From Octopus vulgaris (Eukaryota), in assembly GCA_951406725.2 (NCBI GenBank), contig OX597818.1, positions 70,246,001-70,310,000 of the forward strand: a stretch of DNA of 64,000 nucleotides, in the 5' to 3' direction. The position numbers were made by a program, and so were the translations under genes. Under the pieces are notes generated by a model that saw nothing but the letters and a program-made list of their open reading frames with translations, had not been told where the DNA came from and ran no database searches. This document shows positions 1 through 11,322 of this stretch, in pieces (the first letter of the stretch is position 1; each line of letters starts with the position of its first letter).

Positions 1-249
1 AATTTCTTGCCTTCTTTCTTTCCTTTCTACTCTTCTCCTACCTTCTTTCTTCTTGCCTTCCTTCTCTTCTTTTTCCTACTTTTCACTCCCCTCTCCTCCC
101 TTATCTCACTCTTCATCCCTTCATTCTTTCCCCTCCCTTAATGCTCTTATTCTTCTCTAACCACTCTCTCACCTCTTTCTCTTAGTCCTCATCATTACAA
201 ATAATTTTAATAATTTATGAAATTAATTTTCACTCATCATTCCTTATCA

Positions 250-430
250 ATAATAATAACAATAACAATAATAATAATAATAATACTAATAAGTATTATG
301 ATTATTATGATTATTATTATGATTATTATTATGATTATTATGATTATTATTATGATTATTATTATGATTATTATTATTATTATTATTATGATTATTATTA
401 TTATTATTATTAGTAGTAGTAGTAGTAGTG
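250..430. repeat. Compound trinucleotide microsatellite (AAT/AAC)n-(ATT/ATG)n-(AGT)n
   Basis: Directly visible. It explains the poly-I and poly-N ORFs 217..552 and 286..489. Confidence 0.95.
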
Positions 431-431
431 T

Positions 432-650
432 GGCAGGCTGGCAGAATCATTACTGCACCAGGCAAAATGGCCAGCAGAATTTTGTCCATCCTTACATTCT
501 GAGCTCAAATTCCACCAAGGTTGAAGGCCGTTTCATCTTTCTGAATCAATAGAAAAAGTACCGATCAAGTACTGGAGTCGATGTAATCAACCTACCCCCA
601 CTCCCTTCAAATCTGCTGGTTTTGTACCAAAATTTGAAACCATTATTATT
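432..650 (+). mobile_element. tRNA-derived SINE, family A
   Basis: Head ggc..gctggcagaatc, B-box-like gagctcaaattcc, core tttcatc..aagtacc..ctggagtcgatgtaatc, end ccaaaatttgaaacc plus (att)n tail. The same layout recurs at 2.7, 3.3, 4.3, 4.6 and 10.6 kb. Confidence 0.8.
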
Positions 651-959
651 AATGTTGTTGTTATTGTTATTATACAGCAGTCCTGTCATTAAAATATCTC
701 ATCTCTCCCCAGTTAATTTATGATTTCAAAGAAAAAAATGTCAAAACGTTTTGAAGTTAAAAACTTAGAAAAAAACTATATTAAAAAATAATGCTTTTGT
801 TTTTTTTAACCAGAAAATCTTGATAAAACAATCAAAGATGTCACAAGACAACATTGTATGGAGTTACATAGAAAAAGTATGTAAATAACATGTAAAAACA
901 TGGCCAATCTCATTCAGAAACAAGCCAAGAGGAAGCTATCCTAAAAGGTCAAGCAGAGG

Positions 960-1650
960 TAGAAAATACCTATTTCCCCTCTATTGGCTATTACCACATG
1001 ACCATCATGCCTTGCTCCAGTTCACATTTCATTTGAGTGAAGCATCTGCTCCACCATGTTTTGTGCCAAGGACACATTTCACTTGTCAGCTGCTCCATTT
1101 GCTGTTAACAACTTCTGTATGGATGACTGGGAATGCTATGGCTGTTGGTAAATTGGTAAATTGTGACATCTCAAGCACTTCCATGATGGTGGCTTTGTGT
1201 GGTCGCTGTTTGTCAAATACATATTCCTCAACTCATCTCTTTTTGACAAAGCTACAGTCCTGGATCAAGCAAAGAATTGAGACAAAACATTTGACATCTA
1301 AAACACCATCTGGTGCCCACAGCCCCCTACTGATGTGGAAGGTGGAAGGTAAATGCTGGTGTTCTATAGAAGATTAATGTGGGCAAAAATAATGATGTTC
1401 TTGGGGAAACACCAGGCCTCACCAAACATCAGCTGCCTGGTCTGTTATGAAAGACTTTGGAGTTGGAATTTGAATCCTTTCCAGAAATCCCTAATCGGCT
1501 GGTACTACCAATGGGAGATTACAGTTGGTTTAAGTTAAACTCATATAGACAGGATGGATCCAGCAATCAGCCAAGTCCATTGTGGATATTATCTCATTGA
1601 CCTCCTTTGTCCAAGAAGAGGAAGCAGTTTCTATTTGTGAAACGGCCAAG
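960..1650 (+). mobile_element. Degenerate Tx1/L1-like LINE ORF2 fragment (post-RT region)
   Basis: Frameshifted pieces LTKLQSWIK, FYRRL, DVLGETPGL and LNPFQKSLIGWYY resemble the C-terminal region of Tx1-type LINEs. Recognised from memory, not aligned. Confidence 0.45.
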
Positions 1651-1668
1651 GGTAATAATAATAATAAT

Positions 1669-2600
1669 CACTAAGAAATTGCTCAAGACAGTGAATAAGG
1701 AACAGGTGATCAAGTGTGGAATAGAAGAAAAGGATAAGAATGAAATTCCAAGAGAGCACGTTGGATAGATTGAAGAGAAACCTTTGTGTGGTCAATTTTG
1801 GAAAGCCATTGAGGATATATGCGGAACAAAATCCTGGGCTTGATTAGAAAAAAGGACAATACAAAAGAAACATGGAGTCTAATTCTAGCAGCCCAGGATG
1901 AAGAGATAAAAACAAACAACTTGTGAAAATATGTATAAGGGAAGAAGGTGTGAGAAAAGTGTAGAGTCTTTGGAATTTGAAATGAGAGAGTGGCACACAT
2001 TATTGTAGTTTATCCCAAATTGGCACAGGAAGAATATAAGAAATGGAGACACGACCAAGTTGTGAAAGTTTTAAACGGGAAACTTTTCCAGAAATGTGGA
2101 CTTGGAGCTGGAGGGACATGGTATCATCGTAGAGTTGAAAGAGAGCTAGAGTGAGAGAAACGCAACATTTTGTGGGACTTTCCTGTTCAGATAAGAAGTT
2201 AGAAAATAATAAACCTGACATAACAATCAGAGATAAGGAAAAGCAAAGTTGCTTAATTGATTCCTCATGGCCATTTGGTTCCAGGATTGTAAAGAAAGAG
2301 GAGGAAAAACAAAAAATGTTTGAAATTGAAGAATTTGGAGGATGAAAGGTTGTGCCCTGTAATAGTTGGGAACAGTTAGTAAAGATATAGACAAATGATT
2401 GAAAGAGATGGGAATATAGAATATCCTGTAGAGTTTCTACTGAAAGTCTGCCATGTAGGGACAGGAAGAACTATCAGGAGTAGGGGTCTTAAGCACTTGA
2501 AAAACTATTGAAAGCTTGTAGATACTTAAGGTTATAGGTAGTAACCCGGTACCTACATAAATTCTACCAGGAATAAGAATGAATCTGAATTAAACCAATA
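1669..2600 (+). mobile_element. R4/Dong-clade non-LTR retrotransposon 3' fragment (CCHC knuckle plus restriction-like endonuclease), pseudogenised
   Basis: KETWSLILAAQDEEIKTN; degenerate CR.C..E.VAHII..P.LAQEEYKKWRHDQVVK; ILWDFPVQ / KKLENNKPDIT (RHD and PD motifs of the RLE). (TAA)n on the 5' side and a TAA-like tract on the 3' side. Confidence 0.8.
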
Positions 2601-2744
2601 ATTATAATAATGGTAGCAATAAACTTTGCCATTAGATGAGAATAATAAAATAAGTGTGGGGCAGAATTGTATTTCACAAGTTTCTCCATTTCTTTTAGAG
2701 ATACATTGTAATCTGCTGAGACTGACATGTCAATTAGAAGGCAT

Positions 2745-2935
2745 GCTGCACAAAAGATTTGGTACCATTTCTCTGTCTTTACATCCTGAATTCAAATTCT
2801 ATCCGGGTTGACTTTACCTTTTGTCTTTTAGGGGTTTGATAAAATAAGTACCAGTTGAACACTGGGGTCTTTTGTAATCAACTTATTCACTTCCTTGAAA
2901 TTACTGGCCTTGTGCCAAAAATTTGAAACTGTTGT
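2745..2935 (+). mobile_element. SINE family A, degenerate copy
   Basis: ttcaaattct..ttgactttacctttt..gataaaataagtaccagttgaacactgggg..ggccttgtgccaaaaatttgaaac. Confidence 0.7.
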
Positions 2936-3292
2936 TATTATTATTACAGCTTGTTTATACAAGCTGACATAAATTACTGACATAAATACATCAAACATAT
3001 TCAAAGAACCTTCACGGAACGTTCTTCTGATATTCTTCTATTTGTTTCAGTCACTTGACAGTGGCCACCCTTTATTTAAGAAATTGATCCCTGAACTTAT
3101 TCCCTGTAAGCCTGGTGCTTATTCTATCAGTTACTTCCGCTGAACAGCTAAGTTACAGGGACGCATACACACACACATATATATGATGGGCTTCTTTCAG
3201 TTCCTGTCTACCAAATTCCCTCATGAGGCTTTGGTCAGCTCAAGGCTATAGTATATACAAAAACAACAGGTTGGCATATTAATATCATTGAT

Positions 3293-3435
3293 TATTCAAA
3301 TTCTGCTGGGGTCAACTTTACCTTTCATCCTTTTGGTCTTGATAAATTAAGTACCAGTGAAACATTGGGGTCGATGTAATTGACTAGTCCCCTCCCACCC
3401 AAATTTCAGGCCTTGTGCCTTCAGTAGAAATTATT
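3293..3435 (+). mobile_element. SINE family A, 5'-truncated copy
   Basis: ttcaaattctgc..cctttcatcc..gataaattaagtaccag..ggggtcgatgtaattgactagtccc..ccttgtgcct followed by (att)n. Confidence 0.7.
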
Positions 3436-4249
3436 ATTACTATTATTATTCATTTCTTAGATATCTCATGGGCTCATTGCAAATGAATTGGAGAAAAAAA
3501 CAATAAAACCCCAAAACAAACATTAATATGTAATCTCTTGCAAATAAATTCTTTCTTCCAAACATGTTTCTGGGTGTAATTCTCAAGTTTTGAGTCTAAA
3601 ACTAAAGCAAATGGACTACTGGTACTTGAGGAATTCGATGATTTCTAAATGGAAAAGTAAATTCTTAGAATATTATATTTTCTTTAATCCTGCAGAGGCG
3701 AGAAAGAACTGAATTTTGGAAGTGGTTATGAAATTGTAGACATAATAACTGGATTTTCTCTTATTTACATAGAAACTATTGACCGTTTCTTTAAAAATAT
3801 GATTAATAGAATTGCTGGACTAACTTATTTATATAAAGGCATATGGAAACACAGCATGACATAGTAGACACAACACTAGATTTTCGAACTTGAGGAATAT
3901 AAACTGCCAATTGGAAAATTGATAAGAATTTGCTGTATGGTTCCTACCATTTCAAGATATTCTAATGCATTTCAGCCAACTTTGTTGAAATTGTGATTCC
4001 TAACAGCAGATTACAGATGAGCAGGAAGTGCAATGCTTCCCATGTTGCTACCAAACTTAATAAAAATAGGAATAACAACAATAATTATATCAACCATAAT
4101 GACAAGTATTTCTTTCTCGGGTATGAAGCCACCCAGATTTAGAATAATGGGGGAAAAGGAATTTGTGAGGTTCCTGCCATTTCTAAAGACATAAATTATG
4201 TGAGTTGAAATACATTCAGTTAATGGAATTTAAAGTCAGAGCAGAATGG

Positions 4250-4271
4250 GTGTGTGTGTGTGTGTGTGTGT

Positions 4272-4336
<65 letters not shown>
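4250..4336. repeat. (GT)n followed by (AGT)n microsatellite
   Basis: Directly visible. Confidence 0.95.
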
Positions 4337-4337
<1 letters not shown>

Positions 4338-4338
4338 A

Positions 4339-4541
4339 GGCAGAGCTTGCAGAATCGTTAACACATCAGGCAAAATGCTTAGCAGTATTTGACCCATCCT
4401 TACATTCTGAGTTCAAATTCTGCCTTGGCTTTCATCCTATTGGGGTCGATAAATTAAGTACCAGTGAAACAATGGGGTCTGTGCAATCAACTAGTCCCCG
4501 CCCACAATTTTCAAGCCTTGTGCCTTTAGTAGAAAGGATTG
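4339..4541 (+). mobile_element. SINE family A
   Basis: ggcagagcttgcagaatcgtta..gagttcaaattc..tttcatcctattggggtcgataaattaagtacc..ccttgtgcctttagtagaaagg. Confidence 0.8.
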
Positions 4542-4609
4542 TTATTATTATCATCATCATCATCATTAGTAGTAGTAGTTGTTGTTGTTGTAGTAGTGGT
4601 GGTAATAAA

Positions 4610-4822
4610 GTGATGAGCTGGCAGAATTGTTAACCAATCAAAAAGACATTTTCTCTGTCTTTACAATTTGAGTTCAAATTCCACCAAGGTAGATTTTCCC
4701 TTTCATCCCTTTCGGGGTTGATAAAAATAAGTACTACCAGTTAAATACTGGGGTCGATGTAATTGACTGACCCCACCACCACTGAAATTGCTGGCATTGT
4801 GGCAAAATTTGAAGCCAATATT
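4610..4822 (+). mobile_element. SINE family A (tandem neighbour)
   Basis: gagctggcagaattgtta..gagttcaaattccacc..cctttcatccctttcggggttgataaaa..ctggggtcgatgtaattgac..aaaatttgaagcc. Confidence 0.8.
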
Positions 4823-5493
4823 ATTTTACAGTCTACATGCCTAGACATATATACATTTATGCATGCATTCAGCATACTAACATAAATGTGTGTGTCTTTA
4901 GGTGTGTGTGTGTGGTTTTGTCTACTTGTGTAGGTGAAAATCAGGAGAATAAAGGATCTTACTAATTATCAGGTTAGGGTTGGTGTCAAGCAGTATTCTC
5001 TCTCTCTCTCTCCATATATATCTTCAATTAAGTACACCTCCCCATCCAGTACCAACCCACATTCATTATCTCAATAATCACTACTATCTTGACCCCCCCC
5101 CAATCTGTCCCCCCTCCTACCTTTCTACATACCTCAGCAATCTCCCTCTGCCACAGAACTAGACACTTCCCTCAAATAATTGCCATTCCTTTTCTCACTC
5201 TCTCAGCCAATAATTCCATAGCTTCCATCCTTACACTTCAACACAACACAATAGTCTACCATTCATAAACTATCTACCCCATCCTCCTTCACACTTCTAC
5301 TCCCCACCTCTACTGCTACTCCCTTACTACCCCATTATTAACCCCTCACTCTTCTTGAACAATCTCTTCTCCTCTCACCATTTCCTGCCATAATCCACAC
5401 ACACACACACACACTAGTCACCCCTCTAAAACACTTATCTCTCCACATTTAATCATTCCATATTTGGACTTTTCTGCATTAAGATCTTCTCCA

Positions 5494-5613
5494 CCCTGAT
5501 GGCAGAGGCTAATCTCATCCTATGTTAAATGCATCCATACAGTGGCATTTTGTGATGGACAAAATCTACCAACATTATTATGGATTGCCAAGCCCCCAGA
5601 AACAGCTGTTGGG
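5494..5613 (+). ncRNA. Degenerate hammerhead-ribozyme-like motif with long stem II (Penelope-type)
   Basis: cc-CTGATGG (consensus CUGAnGA, last A changed to G), stem II gaggct/agcccc, then GAAACAGCTGTT-ggg with palindromic ACAGCTGT. It follows a C/T-rich tract. Confidence 0.4.
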
Positions 5614-5684
5614 CTCATAACACCTTTCTTCCACCTCTTTAAATTCCTCTGTTGTTTGTACTCTGCATATGTTGACCCTAATTA

Positions 5685-5704
<20 letters not shown>

Positions 5705-5715
<11 letters not shown>

Positions 5716-5884
5716 TCTCTCCTTGTTTCTTTCTGTGTTTCTTTTCTGTGTATCTTTCTGTTGAAGAGCGTAGGCTCGAAATGTAAGACTTGTTTTATTT
5801 ATATTCCTGAGCGCCATACTAATACAATTGTTTGTTTGTATTCCACCTGCCTTCGTCTTTTGTTTATTTTCATAAAGCTTCCTG

Positions 5885-5886
<2 letters not shown>
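5705..5886 (+). mobile_element. Short non-coding cassette between (TA)n tracts carrying a minimal hammerhead-like motif; probably Penelope-derived
   Basis: tcttt-CTGTTGA-A-GAGC-gtag-GCTC-GAAA-tgta. A homologous copy lies on the minus strand at 57410-57525. Confidence 0.6.
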
Positions 5887-5929
<43 letters not shown>

Positions 5930-6050
5930 TCATTTCAAAGTTTCCACCTTTTGCTTTCTCTCATAAACATATTTTGTATTTGATGTAGTGAATATATTTC
6001 ATATATTTGATGTGTTTAATTTGTTTTTCCCCCTTAATTGCCTATGTATG

Positions 6051-6084
<34 letters not shown>

Positions 6085-6096
6085 TGTATGTATGTA

Positions 6097-6352
6097 TCAT
6101 GCGTGGGGACATAGAAATAATCGGACTGAATACCCGATCGCGCGGTTAAACCATTGGGAGTGAACGACTCCTAGCCTTTGTTAGGACATCCTTCTAGGAG
6201 AAGGTAACTCAGGTAACTGGGATAACTCTGACATAAAACCTGCGGCTCAGTGGTTACCGATGATGTTGACTTGTTCTTCTTTTCGGATTATGGCTGCTGT
6301 TGCTTAGTGAGTGGGATTGACTCAGTGCACAGCCTTTCATCACTTTAAAAAA
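6097..6352 (+). mobile_element. Young CpG-retaining short retroelement, possibly RTE-related non-autonomous
   Basis: CpG-rich (cccgatcgcgcgg). tctaggagaaggtaactc resembles an RTE 5'-UTR motif. Follows (TATG)n; has cagcctttcatcacttt then A10. Confidence 0.4.
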
Positions 6353-9249
6353 AAATCTTCTTGCACAGGCATTGCACGATAACAACATTGTTCATGATTG
6401 TTGATGGTGCTGTGAGTCTCAACTGAATGGTTGGCTGTAGCCTTAAAAAGCAAATAAAAGTCACATTCAATCACAGCACCAATAGCAGTTAAGCTTCGTG
6501 CAATGGCCATACTCGATAACGAGGGGGCAGCCATCATGTCTCTTAATTTAGAAAATCTGTTCTGTCTGTCTGTGCATTTATAACAGTGAAATATTGAAAG
6601 CATGTAAGGGTCAGTGACAAAAAGAGTAGTTGACCATAGAAGGTCTGCCTCAATGAATTCATGAATTCCACCTGGCACTGTGGATGTTAACAATGATGAT
6701 GATGATTAAAAGAAAATGAGCAAAGAGAAATAACTGAGGGTGGACAGTGACAGGAATTTGAATAGCAAAGAAAAGCTAAATAAAGGTATTTTTAAGCACC
6801 ATACAGGATGGATTCTTGATTTATTGTAATTATTTTATAGAGAAGGTAACACAATCTCCTGGTGAGGATTAGGACCAGCTTTAAATGAGAAAGAATGGTC
6901 AGATAATCTCAAGAATCCAAAATTCTCCAGAATTAAAATACCATTAAGAAAAAGGGTAGAGAACATTTATGGCCAAGGCTAAGAGACAAAAATAAATGCT
7001 TGTGTGTGTGTGTGTGTGTGGTTTTTAGTCAGTTCTGATTTTCTATTAAATCCATTTCCTCTTTCCCTTTACTGGTTTATTCTTTTTCATACACAGTGAG
7101 AAAGGCATGAACCTCACAACAGCCCTTCCCTCCTCCTCCTCCACATAACTGTAAACACATAAGTGAATGAGTGTCCTCCCTATACAATCACTGGGATGGC
7201 TGAAATTAACAGCTAAATCTCTCATAAGTACACTATGCCTGGAAAAGGAAATTGAATGGGTATGGATTAGGATAATCCCGTAATAGATTTAATCTTGATC
7301 AAGGCGGACCTGAGACGAACTCAATATGTCTACCATTTGTACCACATCAAGCAGAATCTTTATTAAGAGACATTCTTTTGCTCCAGATTAGCCCTAATAG
7401 GTCAAACCTATGACCAAAGACACTCCAGCTGTGACAATCCCATCTTTTTTCTTTTGAACATAATTTACCTGGGATTATATTATTGATATGTCCTTCCTTT
7501 AGGGGAGATTTAGCTGCTATTCCTAGCAGGTTGGCTCATTATTAAGTAAAAGATATGTTGTGCTCTATAATACTGGAATGGACAAATTTCTCACATGGAA
7601 ACGATGATGTTTATGTTTATTTAAAACCATGAAATTTCTTGATTTAACAGAATTTCTCAGGCTGTTATTTCCTGATTCCACAATAAAACTGAAGCTTCAT
7701 CATCAAAAATCATTGAACAAGTAATTTCACGTTGAGAAAAACGTTCACAGAACTTCTTTTTTTACTTTTTTTCTCTCTTTTATTTCTTGTTACAAGCTTA
7801 AAATTTTGTTCTATGTATCGATTATTCCAAGCAGCATAAATCTTCATTTCTTTCCAAGCAATTTCAGCTTCATAAAAGAGTTTACCAAACTCTAAGAAGG
7901 TCAAGGTTTTCTTACTGATTTATATTTTAAAAGCTTGAAGATTTTTATGGGAATTCTTATGTGAATTCCATTTGATAGTATTGCATTCAGTGTAGTGGAA
8001 GGTGCTGAAGAATATAGAGTCAAATAAATATGATACGTTGATATTTATTAAATTACATACTGGAAAATATTTGCATTGCTTTACCTCTCTCTGGAGTCAA
8101 TGAATTAATTAATTACTGGTAGGGATACCGTATTTCGTTTTGCAACGAGAATATACTGTTAAGTATATTCAAGGTTTATTAGTCAATACTGTGTCCTGCT
8201 TTTTGTGTTAGCAGTGTAATTTGATTACATATTTGCTATGAAATTTTGAGCCGGCACTAAAAGTTATGACATTTTGTATATGAATACATCTATGGAAACA
8301 ATGCAATTTTTCTATCTTTGATTGCTTTGTTTATAAAGACATATTCGTATACAAAGCATTGTAACTTTCAGTGCTAGCTCTAAATTCTGTAGAAAATCTA
8401 CAGAAACACACTTACAAATCAAAGAATTCAACACACGGGAATTTTCAGTGCAGGATTTAGTAAAGAAAGAAAGAATTAAATTAACAAAGACATCATTAAT
8501 AAGGAAAATATCAGTTACACTGTGAAATATATTGCAAAACATCTCATAACTTGTTGTTGCCTTTGATGTTTAAGCATATGTTGGCCTTCATTGACGTGAC
8601 AGACATATGATCAAAGACATTCTCATTTTGACCATCCAGTCTTTTTTTTATACATATCTATATTCTTTCTAAATAATAATAGCCAATATAATGTTATTTG
8701 GTCGATTTTTTCCAGTTATGCTTTACTTCATATAGAAGGGAGAGAGAGAGAGAGTAAAAGAGGAGCAGGAAGAGAGCACATACTAGGCTTGGTGGTAGGT
8801 AATGAGTAAAGGAATGTCACATACACAGAGTAAGAGAGAAAGAATTGTAGGGATGTGGGAGTTAAAAAGATACACAGTAGATATAGGAGGAGGAGGAGGA
8901 GTTATAGCAATGAGAAATTTGTTTTACTTTATTTTATTCAAAGCTAATGAATATATTCTCTTTTGAAAATTTGCATCATTTTGCATAAGCAACAAGAGAT
9001 TTGATAACATTTAAATAATATTTCTTGTATGTCTACCACATTCCTGATATTACCAATGGCTGCCAGAGTATACTTTCAAAGTCGCCCACCAAAAGACAGG
9101 CAACATTTATATAATACAAGTATGCCTTCAGTTAACTCAAGCTGTTAGTCATAAAGTATTAAATTAGAATTGAAACTAAATGAATCTGGTTAATCAGAAA
9201 CTGAAAGTAGCCTGTTACATTACATAAAAATACACACACACAATGTCAG

Positions 9250-10490
9250 CCCCTCAACCCTGTTCACTATTCTTAGTCTGGCTGGAGTGTAAGGCAGTCA
9301 GTACCAGCCATTCATGTGCTTTCTTCACCAGGAACGCGATTGACATCCTACTGCTCACCCCATCCTTTGGAGACACCTCTTGAATAATAGAGAATTTCAA
9401 TAAGCTGGGCCAACATATTAGCTTCACTACTGAACACTGTAACGGCAATGGTTCCCTCTCCTTGTTTGACTTTCATCTAAACATTGTGGACGAGGGAAAA
9501 AGTGACATGGTGTTCTACCAAAAATCAGCTTACTGGAACCTTTTCATCCATTACAAGTCAGCCCCCACCATCATGGCTAAGATGGGTCACAAAACGAGAT
9601 CATCTGGATACACAAGAGATGTAGTAACAATGCCAGCCAGGCTGCACATATTGCTCAGTTCCTAAAGGTATTTGAGACCAATGGATTCCCAATGTCTGTT
9701 ATTAATTCCATACACGAACACAAGCCAATTAAATGTGACAACAGGGATCTCTCTGAAAACTCCTTCTTGTAGATTCTCCACTTTAATGAGGAGACCATCT
9801 CCACCATTTACAAGGCCATCCACAAGGAAGGCTTCAACATCATATTGACCCATTCAGGATCAACCCTATGTAAACACCCATTAATGAAGTGGTTGTATGC
9901 AGAACAACAGCCCCACACACTGGCAAACTGCTCTATTTGCAGCACTAACATGTGCCTATATACATACAAAACAACATTTTTCTTCGGTAACACAGTCTAA
10001 CCATTCCACATCCATATGAAGGAGCACCTCGCTAATGACACGTCTTCCTTCTGCAAGCACTTCATCCAATGCCGGAATACCACCAAAAAAGATAGACGCT
10101 TCCATCCTAGCCCCAGAAAAGAACACAAGAAATCTTCACATCAAGGAAACTATACTGATCCACCACCTCAACCCCAAAATCAAAAGCTGATTAGAGATGA
10201 GCTAATGGCTCCTATGAAAACATCATGGCAACTACAACCAGCATCGTAACATATTCCACCAATTCCATCTTCTACCACAACCATGAGAAAATACACCACA
10301 ATGACCATGACCAACAGTTGGAGAGGTGCTGCTGCTGCCAGCCTAAGTGCTGAGCAGTTTAAAATAAAATAACAAAATCTATATAACAAGATATTTCTTG
10401 GATTACGTCCTTCTGAAGACAGCCCTTAAATATAAAGTTTTTGTAAAACTTTCTGCGTTGTTAGAAGCTTTCTTTATTCCCCTTTGCTTC
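9250..10490 (+). mobile_element. Penelope-like element remnant (RT thumb plus GIY-YIG endonuclease region)
   Basis: FYQKSAYWNLFIHYKSA, PFHIHMKEHL (R..EH motif), RNLHIKETILI..P. A CTGAAGA hammerhead-like core lies downstream at ~10413. Many stops and frameshifts. Confidence 0.6.
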
Positions 10491-10504
10491 TTCAGTTAGT
10501 ATAT

Positions 10505-10554
<50 letters not shown>

Positions 10555-10571
10555 TTCTGGGACAACCAAGG

Positions 10572-10731
10572 ACAGACAAAGGGATTAAGTCGATTACATC
10601 GACTCCAGTGCATAACTGGTATTTATTTAATCAACCTCGAAAGGATGAAAGGCAAAGTCAAACGCAGCGGATTTTGAAATGTCACTAAGCATTTTGCTTG
10701 GTGTGCTAACGATTCTGCCAGCTCGACACCC
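10572..10731 (-). mobile_element. SINE family A, minus strand
   Basis: Reverse complement reads gtcgagctggcagaatcgttagcac..ttcaaaatccgc..gactttgcctttcatcctttcgaggttgattaaataaataccag..ctggagtcgatgtaatcgac. Confidence 0.8.
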
Positions 10732-10853
10732 TTTATATATATATTTTTATTTATATAAACATACACACACACACACGCACGCATATATTGTCTCTGAAGT
10801 GTGGGAAAGCAATTTTATAAAAATAATTGATGAGCATATAAAAGGTTCGTTAT

Positions 10854-11322
10854 TAAATGTATAAATACTTTTGTCTCAGGGAAAAAGCAATATATAACAT
10901 TAGGTTTTTTTGTACAAAATGGCTGACTAAAACTTTAAGGGAAACATCCCTTAATGAATTTAGGACACTGCAGGAAAAACAAGTTCTTAAACCAGCAAAA
11001 TAACAGCAATGTTTTAAAAATTGAATCAAATAATGTTGTCTGCTCCAGATTGTATCTCACTGAGTAGAAAGTAAAAATTTGGTAAAATTATTTCAGAAAC
11101 ACAACTTAAAATATTTAACTATTTTCTTCAACCAGGAACAATTCCCAGTCAGAGGAAAATCTAAAAATCTGTATTTTACACTAAAAAAAGACATCTCTAA
11201 AAGAAACTGAAAATTATCATCTTATTAGATTTCGTGTGTCTTGCTAGTAAAGTTGTGGAATCAATAACTGAAGAGGAATCGGTGCTTTTTATATCTTATT
11301 TACTGTTTAGATTCTTATCTAA
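10854..11322 (+). repeat. Copy 1 of a 469-bp direct repeat (partner 19093-19561)
   Basis: Base-by-base comparison by eye found 4 substitutions and no indels; offset 8239 bp. Confidence 0.95.

Noticed and set aside
217-552. Hydrophobic poly-Ile ORF resembling a membrane protein
   Set aside because: It is the (ATT)n microsatellite running into a SINE.
7710-8004. Possible minus-strand host exon after a ttcttcag acceptor, joined to ORF 7710..7904
   Set aside because: On recounting, the acceptor frame and the ORF are not continuous (stop or frameshift near 7905-7920). Only an 89-nt AG..GT segment remains, with no recognisable homology.
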